Below, in pieces: positions 52,709-63,240 of a stretch of DNA of 64,000 nt. Every line of letters begins with the position of its first letter. The stretch's first letter is position 1. The notes under the pieces are model-generated. The model had not been told where the DNA came from and ran no database searches. It was given only the letters and a program-made list of their open reading frames with translations. Made by a program: the position numbers and the translations under genes. Origin of the DNA: Candidatus Kerfeldbacteria bacterium (GTDB lineage Bacteria; Patescibacteriota; Patescibacteriia; UBA10025; JAHIVO01); NCBI GenBank assembly GCA_047946875.1, contig CP181398.1, positions 841,041 through 905,040 on the forward strand. The letters are read 5' to 3'.

Positions 52709-52758
52709 TCCGGCATAGCCGGATCAGGCCTGCCTGCCGGTAGGCGGGCTCTGCCTGA
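52709..52758. repeat. 30-nt double-hairpin element with a nested 20-nt palindrome
   Basis: TCCGGC-ATA-GCCGGA-TCAGG[CCTGCCTGCCGGTAGGCGGG]C-TCT-GCCTGA. Confidence 0.75.
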
Positions 52759-52773
52759 ATTAATTATTAACAG

Positions 52774-53049
52774 TTAGACAACCTTTGCTAACACATCTTC
52801 ATCTTTAAGAACTTTATGTTCGACATCGTCAATGGTAACTTCCTCTCCAGAATATTTACCAAAAATTACCTTGTCGCCTTCTTTTAGACCAAGTTTTATT
52901 ATTTTCTCTCCATCACCAATAGCTATTATCTCTCCCTCTTCTTTCTTTTCTTTCTCAACTGTATCAGGTAAAACAATTCCTGATTTTGTTACTTCTTCTT
53001 CTGTGACTGGTTTGACGATTACTCTATCGCCCAATGGTTGTAATTTCAT
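52774..53049 (-). CDS. groS: Co-chaperonin GroES
   Basis: LQPLGDRV, SGIVLP, GDKVIFGKYSG. Confidence 0.97.
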   Translation of the reverse strand: MKLQPLGDRVIVKPVTEEEVTKSGIVLPDTVEKEKKEEGEIIAIGDGEKIIKLGLKEGDKVIFGKYSGEEVTIDDVEHKVLKDEDVLAKVV

Positions 53050-53086
53050 ATTTTAGACTTATTTTAATTATTAAATTGTCTCTAAT

Positions 53087-53113
53087 TTAGCACTCAACCT
53101 TATAGAGTGCTAA
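53087..53113. promoter_or_regulatory. CIRCE (HrcA operator)
   Basis: Perfect TTAGCACTC-N9-GAGTGCTAA upstream of groES. Confidence 0.95.
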
Positions 53114-53484
53114 TTAACTTGTGATATATATTGTATATATACTCTAAATATTTGTCAACCATTACAACTACTACTTCTGTGAATAACTAATTTTTTTTAT
53201 TATTATACCTAATATTAGCCAATAAATTAATCCTAATCCTTCACCATTTTAAAAAAAGTTAAAAAAATAGTGAAGCAGAATGATTCCACAATATTATATT
53301 ATTGTGGGACTTGGCTCAATAAAAACGTAGTGGCTTTGAGCCAAGAATAATAATGAGATATTTTTTGTTATTTTTTTTAAACAGGTGAAAACTCTTTGGT
53401 ACTTTCTAGTTACAGAAAGTACGAAAAGAAAAGCTAGCACACTATTTAAATCAACATAATCCTCTACAATTCCACCGGCCCATT

Positions 53485-53593
53485 ATCCCTCTGAGTGCAA
53501 CTAAAGAATCTTATCGTCAAAGGTGATGCAATGCCGCCTTCGGCGGAGATTCTCACGTCCCTTTCGACTTCGCTCAAGGTCCTCAGAATGACA
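53485..53593. repeat. Degenerate REP-like inverted pair with nested insert
   Basis: TCTGAG...AGAATCT and AGATTCT...[CCCTTTCGACTTCGCTCAAGG]...CTCAGAATGACA; CCGCCTTCGGCGG hairpin. Confidence 0.55.
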
Positions 53594-53616
53594 ATAAGTA
53601 GATGCTAACGAAATTA

Positions 53617-54939
53617 TTAAGAAATATAAATATTAATTTTCTTCACACACAACCCCATCACCAACCAAAAAAACATACTACCAAATGAAAGACTCCAAAG
53701 ATAATGATCAAATAAACCAATAACTATTAATGAAATAAATAATACGAGCATTATTGAATGCCAGTTATTAATATCTTTTTCTTTGAAAATTGCTTCGTAT
53801 AAACTCTTAGCTACCCAAAATAATAAAACTAAAAAAATTGCCACACCAAAGATACCTAATTCTACTGCTGCCAATAAATAAATATTATGGACAGGCTGAT
53901 AATCCCAAGCCTCATGAGTCGTATCAATATCATATAAAGCGCCAGTATAGCCACCTATTCCAGCACCTTTGTACCAGTGTCGCTTAAATAGATCGCCGGC
54001 TTCTGTATAATATTCAGAACGCTCTACAGACGACATCTCTTCCAATCTCCCACCTTCCAACCTAGTTTGCCAAACTTCTGGTAGCATAAATACTGTTGTA
54101 ATAACTATTAATAAAATTAGCAACCCAGAAATTCCAATCACCTTAAGTCTATCTTTATTTTTTTGCCAGAGATAAATAGCAAACAGAATCAAAAATCCTA
54201 AAACAAAAACCAACCAAGCTGACCTAGAAAAAGTTAGGATTAAAGCAAAAAACATTATACCCATCGCAACTAAGCTATAAGTGCGTTGCCATATATATTT
54301 TCGTTGGCCCATTTTGGCAGTCATAAAGACACCAATCAATATTAATAAACAAATAACTAACCACCCTGCCAAAATATTTGGGTGAGGTAAGGCACCATAG
54401 GCTTTTAACCAGCGGCCACTACTCGTCTCGATAACAAAATCACCTAATATACTTGGATCGTGTTCAGCTAAACCAAACCATTTATTAGCAAAAACCTTTT
54501 GTATTACAAATTGATAAATGCCTAATCCAGCTTGAATAACTCCAGAAATTATAAATGCACCAGCTAATTTATGCCAATCAAATTTAATTTTTAATACTAA
54601 CCAAAATAATAAAATACCCTCCAAAACTTTACCAAACCAAAACCATGAAATTTCTTTGTTCTGTGCTATTAAGGATGATGCAAATATTAATAATAAAAAA
54701 CTTAAGATAATAACCCAATATTTTTTTATAGTTACAAAAACTTTTTGCCTACTAATTAACAAAGCTAAAATCACAATAATAATTAGTATTATATCCACTG
54801 CATACAAACTAAAACTGCCATATTCCCAATACTGCCCATTTAATAATTCCTCATGCCAAATCCATCTTGTCTGCCAAGGCAACAATATAATAAAAACATA
54901 AAAAATATATTCTAAGGATTTTTCAAATAAATATCTCAT
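53617..54939 (-). CDS. O-antigen ligase family membrane protein
   Basis: HPNILA, LTFSRSAW, PVHNIY...ELG, FDHY. Confidence 0.88.
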   Translation of the reverse strand: MRYLFEKSLEYIFYVFIILLPWQTRWIWHEELLNGQYWEYGSFSLYAVDIILIIIVILALLISRQKVFVTIKKYWVIILSFLLLIFASSLIAQNKEISWFWFGKVLEGILLFWLVLKIKFDWHKLAGAFIISGVIQAGLGIYQFVIQKVFANKWFGLAEHDPSILGDFVIETSSGRWLKAYGALPHPNILAGWLVICLLILIGVFMTAKMGQRKYIWQRTYSLVAMGIMFFALILTFSRSAWLVFVLGFLILFAIYLWQKNKDRLKVIGISGLLILLIVITTVFMLPEVWQTRLEGGRLEEMSSVERSEYYTEAGDLFKRHWYKGAGIGGYTGALYDIDTTHEAWDYQPVHNIYLLAAVELGIFGVAIFLVLLFWVAKSLYEAIFKEKDINNWHSIMLVLFISLIVIGLFDHYLWSLSFGSMFFWLVMGLCVKKINIYIS

Positions 54940-55856
54940 ATTATTTCACTTTTACGAGTCTCCCATTTTTGTAAAAAAATCTCCCGGCGATCATTATCAT
55001 GAAATTTTAAAACATTATCATTAACTACTACTCTAGTATCTTTATTTGCTAATTTGCTTAAATTAGCTGGCATTATCTTTAATTGATAATTTTTAAATAT
55101 TTTTTCAGGAAAAAATGTTAAAACAAAGTCAATAATTACTTTAAATAATTTAACTTTACTAAGTGATCGTTTTTTTACAGGATTAATTTGTAATGTATTT
55201 GGCAATATCTTTTTGGTCCAAGTATTAGCAGAAACAAATTTATCATAAATATCATAATTATATACTGGTATGATCTGCGTTATCCAATACAATAAATATA
55301 TATCATTTTTTATAGAGAATTTTTCTAAATTTAAATGATCCTCATCTACAAAAAATGACGAACAAATAGTATCTTTACTTTTGTTATTGCTTGGTCGCAT
55401 TTTAAAAAGTTTTAAAAATCCTGCTACCCAAAATCTAGATTGCCAAACTCTATTTCTCTTAGTCACTATAAATAAATCTATATCTGATTCATCCCTACTA
55501 TTACTAAATGCCAACGTATTACAAATTGCGACCATTTTTACAAAAGGTGCAAATCTTAATATCTTGATTACATTAAGTGCTCTTCTATATTTTTTCTCAG
55601 CCAATGAATATCTCTGACGACGAATATTGATTATATCTTTCCGTCCTCTAAAAAAATAGTGCCCCTGGCTAAATTCAATCTTACTTTGCAAATAATCGCT
55701 ATCGCTCAAAATACTCTTAACATCAAATAAAGACACACTTTTAATCTCGTCATTATTAAAAACTAACCACTTCCAAATCTCCATATCCGTTAACGGATAA
55801 TCAAAAATATCAAAATATGCAACAGTATCAATAATGGCTTTCTCTAAATCTTTCAT
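54936..55856 (-). CDS. Nucleotidyltransferase-fold (Pol-beta-like) protein
   Basis: YFDIFDYPL N-terminus; SDIDLFIV DxD motif. Confidence 0.7.
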   Translation of the reverse strand: MKDLEKAIIDTVAYFDIFDYPLTDMEIWKWLVFNNDEIKSVSLFDVKSILSDSDYLQSKIEFSQGHYFFRGRKDIINIRRQRYSLAEKKYRRALNVIKILRFAPFVKMVAICNTLAFSNSRDESDIDLFIVTKRNRVWQSRFWVAGFLKLFKMRPSNNKSKDTICSSFFVDEDHLNLEKFSIKNDIYLLYWITQIIPVYNYDIYDKFVSANTWTKKILPNTLQINPVKKRSLSKVKLFKVIIDFVLTFFPEKIFKNYQLKIMPANLSKLANKDTRVVVNDNVLKFHDNDRREIFLQKWETRKSEII

Positions 55857-55908
55857 ATCCTTTATTATATCTGATTACTGAACAAAAAGAAAAAGCTTAG
55901 TAATAGCT

Positions 55909-56139
55909 AATCCCTTGGTTTGAGCGGCCGAAAAGCTGACTCTTTTTTAACGTGACCATCATAAGTAAATCTAGCGCCATGACACGGACAATCCCAAGTC
56001 TTATCCATTTCACATGACAATCTCCGTGTGTACAATGACTATCAAACTTCCATAGTTTTCCATCGTTATTACGACAAACCGCTAAATTCTCTTCCTTAAT
56101 TACTTTGCCTTCATTATTTTTTATGTCTTCGTAACTCAT
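55909..56139 (-). pseudogene. Frameshifted Rieske [2Fe-2S] protein
   Basis: CTHGDC in frame 1; [13 protein letters not shown] continues in the -1 frame after KW. Confidence 0.8.
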
Positions 56140-56948
56140 TGATTTTTATTAGATTTTTTATTAATTAGATATGCAGTGAAATAAATTATAAAAAATATTG
56201 GTGATAAGACTACAAGAAAAGGAATTGTAATATCCTGAACTGATACTAAGTATCCTGCAATCAATAATCCTATTGCCTGAACGATGGCATGAATTATTGC
56301 TATCTTTTTATTAAAATTACTTACTAGTATAAAAGTATATAGAGCTAGAAAAATAAAATCTCCAACTCCCAAACTAATATCTCCTACAGTTACCGAAGGA
56401 AAAGCGAAAAATGGAAAAGGACTTGCAGTTACCTTAGTGTATTTATCAAATACCTGTGTAACAAAATAAACGTCATAAGGCATCCAAATCGCTGTTAATA
56501 AAAAAACTAACCATGTTTTTATAATCCCTGACCGAACCAAATAAGCCGTACCTCCAATAGTCGCCAATATTATTATTAAATTAAAAGTTACAAAAGATTC
56601 TATTGAATAATGTAATGAGAAAATTCCAATAACTAATAAAATTGATAATAACACATTCAACCAATTTTTCTTTATCCAATACATAAACAAGAAAAAGAAA
56701 GTTTCGAATAAAAGTAATCCTAATACCAGGGCCATTAATCTAGATGCTCTCTGTAATCCATCAAAGTTAATAATAATTTGCCAAACCATGATCGATATAG
56801 CCAAAAATAAAACCACTGACTCTACAGTTGCTTTATTTGGCAATCTATCTCTTAATGTTTTCTTGTCTGGAATAATTTTATAATAAAACACACTTAAGAT
56901 ACCAGCGCCCAGAAACATTAAACTCAAATATACAAAATTTAAATTCAT
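56136..56948 (-). CDS. Presenilin/signal-peptide-peptidase-like intramembrane aspartyl protease
   Basis: YD (PYDVY), LGxGD (LGVGDF), PAL-like IPFL, multiple TMs. Confidence 0.75.
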   Translation of the reverse strand: MNLNFVYLSLMFLGAGILSVFYYKIIPDKKTLRDRLPNKATVESVVLFLAISIMVWQIIINFDGLQRASRLMALVLGLLLFETFFFLFMYWIKKNWLNVLLSILLVIGIFSLHYSIESFVTFNLIIILATIGGTAYLVRSGIIKTWLVFLLTAIWMPYDVYFVTQVFDKYTKVTASPFPFFAFPSVTVGDISLGVGDFIFLALYTFILVSNFNKKIAIIHAIVQAIGLLIAGYLVSVQDITIPFLVVLSPIFFIIYFTAYLINKKSNKNQ

Positions 56949-56999
56949 AGTAGAAAATTACTTATGTCTTCGTAGCTCATAGTGCTATAATAATATCAT

Positions 57000-57719
57000 A
57001 TGGATGATAATAAGAAAAAAATTGGGGTTTTACTAATTCACGGCTTTACCTCATTCCGTGCAAGTTTGGAAATATTAATTCCTGAATTAGATAAAAAGAA
57101 TATACCCTGGCATTATCCAATACTAGCTGGTCATAATACCAAACCAGAAGATCTAGAAGGCAAAACATGGGAACACTGGCAAAAAGATGTAGAAGATGGA
57201 TTAAACTATTTACTGCCTATCTGCGAACAAATAATAATTATTGGACTATCTATGGGAGCCTTATTATCATTAGAATTAGCAGCAAAATACCCTGACAAAA
57301 TTAAAAGTTTAATATTGCTATCACCGGCCTTAAAATTTAAAAATCCATTAGCAAAATACACTTCCCAAGTAACTAAATATATAAAAAAAGTTCCCGGAAT
57401 TAATTTATTTAGATTTAGCACAATAAAACTTGCTGAATCACAAAAAGGATATTCTTGGTTTCCATTAAAAACCTTTCATCAATATTGGCTCCGAACTCAA
57501 CACTTTGATTCCGTATTAGAAAAAATCGTACAGCCCACTACTATCTTTCATTCAAAGAAAGATCGATTAGCAGATCCTGCTGGTGCTGAATATATATACA
57601 ATAAAATAAAAGCAAAAGACAAACAAATTATCTGGCTAAAAAAATCTGGTCATGAAGTTTTATTAGATACAGAAACACAAGAAATAGTAACTAAAATAAG
57701 CTCTTTAATTAATACTTGA
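57000..57719 (+). CDS. Carboxylesterase, alpha/beta hydrolase
   Basis: LIHGF, GLSMG, D and H triad residues. Confidence 0.9.
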   Translation: MDDNKKKIGVLLIHGFTSFRASLEILIPELDKKNIPWHYPILAGHNTKPEDLEGKTWEHWQKDVEDGLNYLLPICEQIIIIGLSMGALLSLELAAKYPDKIKSLILLSPALKFKNPLAKYTSQVTKYIKKVPGINLFRFSTIKLAESQKGYSWFPLKTFHQYWLRTQHFDSVLEKIVQPTTIFHSKKDRLADPAGAEYIYNKIKAKDKQIIWLKKSGHEVLLDTETQEIVTKISSLINT

Positions 57720-57788
57720 CATATATAAAGAGTTAGATTAAAGTACTATTACAATAAAAAATAAAAACGCATATTCATAGGAGGAATA

Positions 57789-57995
57789 ATGCTCATACTT
57801 ACAAGAAGGTTAGGAGAGTCTATTACTATCGGAGACGATATTAAAGTCTCAGTGCTTGGGATTCATGGTAGACAGGTTAGGATTGGCATACAGGCCCCAG
57901 AGGATGTTGTCGTACATAGAGAAGAGATCTATATAAAAATCAAAGACGACAAAGCAAAAGTCGCAGCAAAAGAAAAAAAACCGCCCTCATCTTAG
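57789..57995 (+). CDS. csrA: Carbon storage regulator
   Basis: MLILTRR.GESI.IGDDI...[15 protein letters not shown]. Confidence 0.95.
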   Translation: MLILTRRLGESITIGDDIKVSVLGIHGRQVRIGIQAPEDVVVHREEIYIKIKDDKAKVAAKEKKPPSS

Positions 57996-58059
57996 ATAAA
58001 TAACATTATCAAAAGAATAAAAACATACCCTTCAAAACTCGACAATAAAAAGTCGAGTT

Positions 58060-60906
58060 TTATTTTTTATCAATCATTCCTGATAAAAATCTACCAGTAT
58101 AACTTCTTTTTACTTTAGCTACCTGACGAGGAGTACCAGCAACTACTACTTCACCACCTTTATTACCACCTCCTGGGCCTAAGTCAACTATCCAGTCAGC
58201 AGATTTTATCACATCTAGATTATGTTCAATCACCAAGACAGTATTACCTTTATCTACTAGCTTATTCAAGACACTTAATAAACGCCTAACATCATCAAAA
58301 TGTAAACCAGTAGTCGGCTCATCTAAAATATACAAAGTCTTACCAGTTGCCCGCCTAGACAGCTCAGTAGCTAATTTTATACGTTGTGCCTCACCGCCTG
58401 ATAACGTTGTAGCAGACTGACCCAAATGTATGTAGCCAAGACCTACTTCATACAAAGTCTTTAACTTATTATGAATAGCAGGTAAATGTCGGAAAAAATT
58501 CATTGATTCTTCTACGGTCATACCTAATATATCAGCAATATTGTTTCCTTTGTAATGAATTTCTAATGCCGGTTGATTGTATCTCTTACCTTTACACTCT
58601 TCGCAGTCTACATAGACATCAGGTAAAAATTGCATCTCTATTTTTACTAAACCATCACCCTGACAAGCTTCACAACGACCGCCAACAACATTAAAACTAA
58701 ATCTACCAGGACTATAGCCTCGAATCTTAGCTTCCGGGACTTGGGAAAATAAATCTCTAATGTAGGTAAATACTCCAGTATAAGTTGCCGGATTAGATCG
58801 TGGAGTACGTCCAATTGGAGATTGATCGATATTAATAACTTTATCCAAATTCTCTATACCTTTAATTTCTTTATGTTTACCGGGCGTGTCCTTGGCACGA
58901 TAAAATTTCTGAACCAAAGCTTTGGCCAAAATCTCGGTCATTAGAGTAGACTTACCAGAACCCGAAACACCCGTAATGCAAACTAATTTTCCTAGAGGAA
59001 TATTTACATCAATATCTTTTAAGTTAAATTCACTAGCACCAATAATTGATATTTCTTTACCATTACCTTCCCGATACTTCTCAGGAGTAGGGATGGTCAA
59101 TTTGCCAGATAAATATTTACCGGTCATTGACTGTTTATTATTCATAACCTCTTTAGGTGTACCAGCTGCTACAATCCTACCTCCATGTTCTCCAGCACCA
59201 GGACCAACATCTATTACATAGTCAGATGCCATAATAGTCCCCTCATCATGCTCAACTACTATTACAGTATTACCAAGCTCTTTCAAAGATAATAAAGTAG
59301 TAATCAACTTTTCGTTATCACGTTGATGTAGTCCAATAGAAGGCTCGTCTAATATGTATACAACACCAACTAACGATGATCCAATCTGAGTTGCTAATCT
59401 GATACGTTGTGCCTCTCCACCAGCCAAGGTAGATGCAGCCCTATCTAATGTTAAATAATCCAACCCGACATTACTAAGAAATGTAAGTCTGGCAATTATT
59501 TCTTTAAGTATTTGTTTTGCAATAATTTTTTCTCTTGCAGTTTTCAATGGCAATTTCTTGAAAAATTTTCTACTATCTTCAACTGTCATGTCAGTGATCT
59601 CAGAAATAGATTTCTCATTCATGGTCACGGCTAGAATTTCAGGTTTTAAACGCTTTCCCTTACAACTTGGACAAGGCAAGACTCTCATATATCTTTCAAT
59701 TTCTGTTCGGACATAATCTGATTGAGTTTCTTTGTATCGTCTCATCAAATTTGGCACTACTCCTTCAAAATTTCTAGTAAATTCTCCATCAAATCTGTCA
59801 CTAGCATAATCCATAGTGTATTGTTTATCTCCAGTGCCATATAATATTATATCTAATTGTTTTTTGGTTAATTTCTCAGCAGGAACATCCAAAGAAAATT
59901 TATTATCTTTAGCTACATTCTCTAGAAATTTAAGATACCAAGATTGATTAGCTGAAGTTCTGGACCAAGGACGAATAGCTCCTTCAGCAATACTTAATCT
60001 CGGATTTGGAATAATCAATTTAGGTTCTATCTCCAATCTAGTACCTAAACCCGTACAATCAGAACAAGCACCATGAGGACTATTAAAAGAAAAATTTCTT
60101 GGTTCTATCGGCGGCAAATTAATATTACAATCTGGACAAGAAAAATGTTGAGAGAATAATATATCTTTTTTTTCTTCTGATTTATTAATAATTACCAATC
60201 CATCACCCAAATCCAAAGAAGCTTCCAATGATTCTAATAACCGATCCTTATCTAGACTATGATTATTGGTCAACCTATCTATAACAACCTCAATATTATG
60301 TTTTTTCTTTTTATCTATTTGTAAATCTTCCGCTTCTTCTACAGAATATATACTATTATCAATTCGAACTCTTACATATCCAGCTTTTCTAACTTCAGTA
60401 ATTGTATTTTTGTGCTCCCCTTTTTGATCTCGAATTACTGGGGCTAAAATAATAAATTGAGTGCCAGTAGAAAATTTTTGTATTTGATCTGAAATTTGTT
60501 CAATAGTTTGTTTAGTTATTAGTTGTCCACATTCTGGACAATGTGGAATACCCAATCTAGCATATAGTAAACGCATATAATCATAAACCTCTGTAACAGT
60601 ACCTACCGTTGATCGTGGATTATGAGAAGTCGATTTCTGATCAATAGAGATCGCTGGTGACAGCCCCTCTATCAGATCTACATCAGGTTTATCCATCAAC
60701 CCTAAAAACTGTCTAGCGTAAGCTGAGAGTGATTCTACGTACCTACGTTGACCTTCAGCGTAAATTGTATCAAAAGCTAGTGATGATTTTCCTGACCCAG
60801 AGATGCCAGTTATCACCACCAATTTATCACGTGGAATGTCTACATTAACATTTTTTAAATTATGAACTCGAGCTCCCCTGATAGTGATTTTTTGTTCTTT
60901 GCTCAT
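58060..60906 (-). CDS. uvrA: Excinuclease ABC subunit A
   Basis: GARVHNLKN, two ABC cassettes, zinc fingers; start moved to MSKEQ. Confidence 0.97.
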   Translation of the reverse strand: MSKEQKITIRGARVHNLKNVNVDIPRDKLVVITGISGSGKSSLAFDTIYAEGQRRYVESLSAYARQFLGLMDKPDVDLIEGLSPAISIDQKSTSHNPRSTVGTVTEVYDYMRLLYARLGIPHCPECGQLITKQTIEQISDQIQKFSTGTQFIILAPVIRDQKGEHKNTITEVRKAGYVRVRIDNSIYSVEEAEDLQIDKKKKHNIEVVIDRLTNNHSLDKDRLLESLEASLDLGDGLVIINKSEEKKDILFSQHFSCPDCNINLPPIEPRNFSFNSPHGACSDCTGLGTRLEIEPKLIIPNPRLSIAEGAIRPWSRTSANQSWYLKFLENVAKDNKFSLDVPAEKLTKKQLDIILYGTGDKQYTMDYASDRFDGEFTRNFEGVVPNLMRRYKETQSDYVRTEIERYMRVLPCPSCKGKRLKPEILAVTMNEKSISEITDMTVEDSRKFFKKLPLKTAREKIIAKQILKEIIARLTFLSNVGLDYLTLDRAASTLAGGEAQRIRLATQIGSSLVGVVYILDEPSIGLHQRDNEKLITTLLSLKELGNTVIVVEHDEGTIMASDYVIDVGPGAGEHGGRIVAAGTPKEVMNNKQSMTGKYLSGKLTIPTPEKYREGNGKEISIIGASEFNLKDIDVNIPLGKLVCITGVSGSGKSTLMTEILAKALVQKFYRAKDTPGKHKEIKGIENLDKVINIDQSPIGRTPRSNPATYTGVFTYIRDLFSQVPEAKIRGYSPGRFSFNVVGGRCEACQGDGLVKIEMQFLPDVYVDCEECKGKRYNQPALEIHYKGNNIADILGMTVEESMNFFRHLPAIHNKLKTLYEVGLGYIHLGQSATTLSGGEAQRIKLATELSRRATGKTLYILDEPTTGLHFDDVRRLLSVLNKLVDKGNTVLVIEHNLDVIKSADWIVDLGPGGGNKGGEVVVAGTPRQVAKVKRSYTGRFLSGMIDKK

Positions 60907-61001
60907 ACAAATTAGCTCATTATTATGATTAAAATATACGAAAATTATTGTACACCCATTCCTGGCAAAGGTCAAGTCCTGAAGCATGATATACTAATAA
61001 T

Positions 61002-62765
61002 ATGAAAATAATTAAGCCAAAATCGATACAAAATATACCCCTTAAGCCAGGTGTTTATATATATAAAGACGGTAAGAAGAATATTCTTTATATTGGCAAA
61101 GCAAAAAAACTTAAAAATCGAGTAAGTTCATATTTTCATAATCAGGCGAGCTTAACACCAGATAAGGAAATAATGGTATCTAAGATAAAAAAAATAGAAT
61201 ACTTCATCACCTCTTCCGAAACTGAAGCATTATTATTAGAAACTAGCTTGATCAAAAAAAATCAACCTCCATATAATATCGATTTAAAAGATGATAAATA
61301 TTTTTTGTATATTAAAATCACAACTAGTGAAGATTACCCAAGAGTATTTACTGTTAGACGTATAGAGAAAGATAAGGAAAAATACTTTGGTCCATTTACA
61401 TCTGCCTTGTCGGTAAGAGAAACATTACGATTATTAAGAAAATTATTTCCCCATCGTAATTTCACCAAACCAAAATCACAACATCAATTAAAATTTCTAC
61501 TAAAACGATATGCTGAACTATTGGGGCCCCTTGATAAAAAAGAATATCAGCAATCAATAAATAAAATTATACAATTTCTAAAAGGAGATTATAGTCAAAT
61601 ATTAAAAGATCTTAAAACAAAAATGGAAGTATCGGCAAAAAATAAAAAGTTTGAAAAAGCGGCTGGCCTTAGAGATAAAATATATGCAATACAAAAAATA
61701 TCAGAAAAACAAAAAGTTGTCTCAATAAAACTCGTAAACGAAGATATTATCAGTATTTCTCATGAATCTACTATTAGTTCTATTAACTTATTCAATATCC
61801 GACAAGGAAAACTAATAAATAAGGAAAATTTCATTCTGGAGAATACTCATGGTCAAAATGAAAAAGATATATTACAAGCATTCATCGAACAATACTATTC
61901 ATCATCTCCAACCAAACCAAATAATATCATTGTTCCAATCCAGCCTGCAAATAAATCAATCATTGAAAAAACTTTTTCTTTTAAGGTGATTGTCCCTCAA
62001 AAAGGAGTTAAAAAACAATATATAAAACTGGGAGAGGAAAATGCTAAAAATTATTTGGAACAACAAAAAGCAACTTGGCAAAGAGAAGATGAAATATCAA
62101 AAGAATCACTCTCGGAAATTAAAAAATTGCTAAAACTAAAAAATAATCCAAAAAGAATTGAGATATATGACATATCTAACATTCAAGGAATAAGTGCAGT
62201 TGGCTCCATGGTTGTTTTTACTAATGGACAACCTGATAAAAAATGGTATAGAAAATTTAAAATTAAAACCATTGACCAGGCAAATGATCCAGCTATGATG
62301 GCAGAAGTTTTATCAAGACGATTCCAACATATTGATAAAAAAAATAAAACTTGGCCAAAACCAGATCTAATAATACTAGATGGTGGCAAAGGTCAACTCA
62401 ATACAGTTAACAAAGCTATAGAAATCAATATACCAATCATTGCTCTAGCAAAAAAGAATGAAGATATTTATCAATTAAATAAAAAAAATCCAGTAAATCT
62501 GACATATAATTCCCCTGCCTTTTTTCTTATTCAACGTATGCGTGATGAGGCGCACCGTTTTGCAATTACTTTTTTTAGAAAATCTCATCAAAAATCATCA
62601 TTCACTTCTCAACTAGATGGAATCCCTGGTATTGGTCCAAATACAAAGAAAAAATTAATTAAACATTTTGGTTCGTCACAAAATGTACTAAATGCTACCC
62701 AAGTAAAAATAAGTAAAATAATTGGTGAAAAAAAAGCTACTAATATTAAATCCTATGGTTCATAA
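61002..62765 (+). CDS. uvrC: Excinuclease ABC subunit C
   Basis: PGVY...YIGKA, YDISN, DGGKGQ, RDEAHRFA, HhH. Confidence 0.95.
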   Translation: MKIIKPKSIQNIPLKPGVYIYKDGKKNILYIGKAKKLKNRVSSYFHNQASLTPDKEIMVSKIKKIEYFITSSETEALLLETSLIKKNQPPYNIDLKDDKYFLYIKITTSEDYPRVFTVRRIEKDKEKYFGPFTSALSVRETLRLLRKLFPHRNFTKPKSQHQLKFLLKRYAELLGPLDKKEYQQSINKIIQFLKGDYSQILKDLKTKMEVSAKNKKFEKAAGLRDKIYAIQKISEKQKVVSIKLVNEDIISISHESTISSINLFNIRQGKLINKENFILENTHGQNEKDILQAFIEQYYSSSPTKPNNIIVPIQPANKSIIEKTFSFKVIVPQKGVKKQYIKLGEENAKNYLEQQKATWQREDEISKESLSEIKKLLKLKNNPKRIEIYDISNIQGISAVGSMVVFTNGQPDKKWYRKFKIKTIDQANDPAMMAEVLSRRFQHIDKKNKTWPKPDLIILDGGKGQLNTVNKAIEINIPIIALAKKNEDIYQLNKKNPVNLTYNSPAFFLIQRMRDEAHRFAITFFRKSHQKSSFTSQLDGIPGIGPNTKKKLIKHFGSSQNVLNATQVKISKIIGEKKATNIKSYGS

Positions 62766-62898
62766 AAACGCCGAGCAAATACAGTCTGATTTAGAAAATA
62801 AATTAGCAAAGCGCAGAAAAAAGAAAAAACCTTCAATGAAAGTTTCAGGAAGACAAGTTAAAAATCTACAAAAGATAATAATAAGTAAAGGAAAATGA
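62755..62898 (+). CDS. 47-aa basic small protein (not in ORF track)
   Basis: MVHKNAEQIQSDLENKLAKRRKKKKPSMKVSGRQVKNLQKIIISKGK, overlapping the uvrC stop. Confidence 0.45.
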   Translation: MVHKNAEQIQSDLENKLAKRRKKKKPSMKVSGRQVKNLQKIIISKGK

Positions 62899-62990
62899 CT
62901 ACCACCAGTCTATCTTGACATATCGTGGATGTTTTGATATATTACAATCTGACTATTAAATAGTCATTTTTTAATATCTATACAAATATA

Positions 62991-63212
62991 ATGGAAAACA
63001 CATTAAATATTATCCAAATAGTACTAGCCGTAGCCTTAATTGTAGTCATTTTATTACAAAATAAAGGTACTGGTCTAGGATCTATCATGGGTGGCGAAGG
63101 CAATGTTTATCGTACAAAACGTGGTTTTGAAAAAACTTTGTTCTATTCTACGATCGCCCTTAGTCTTGCTTTTTTCGGAATCGCTATAGCAAATATTCTG
63201 ATTCGCCAGTAA
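62991..63212 (+). CDS. secG: Preprotein translocase subunit SecG
   Basis: ILLQNKGTGLG...RGFEKTL, two TMs. Confidence 0.92.
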   Translation: MENTLNIIQIVLAVALIVVILLQNKGTGLGSIMGGEGNVYRTKRGFEKTLFYSTIALSLAFFGIAIANILIRQ

Positions 63213-63240
63213 ATAAAATATTTATTTAACTACAAATACC

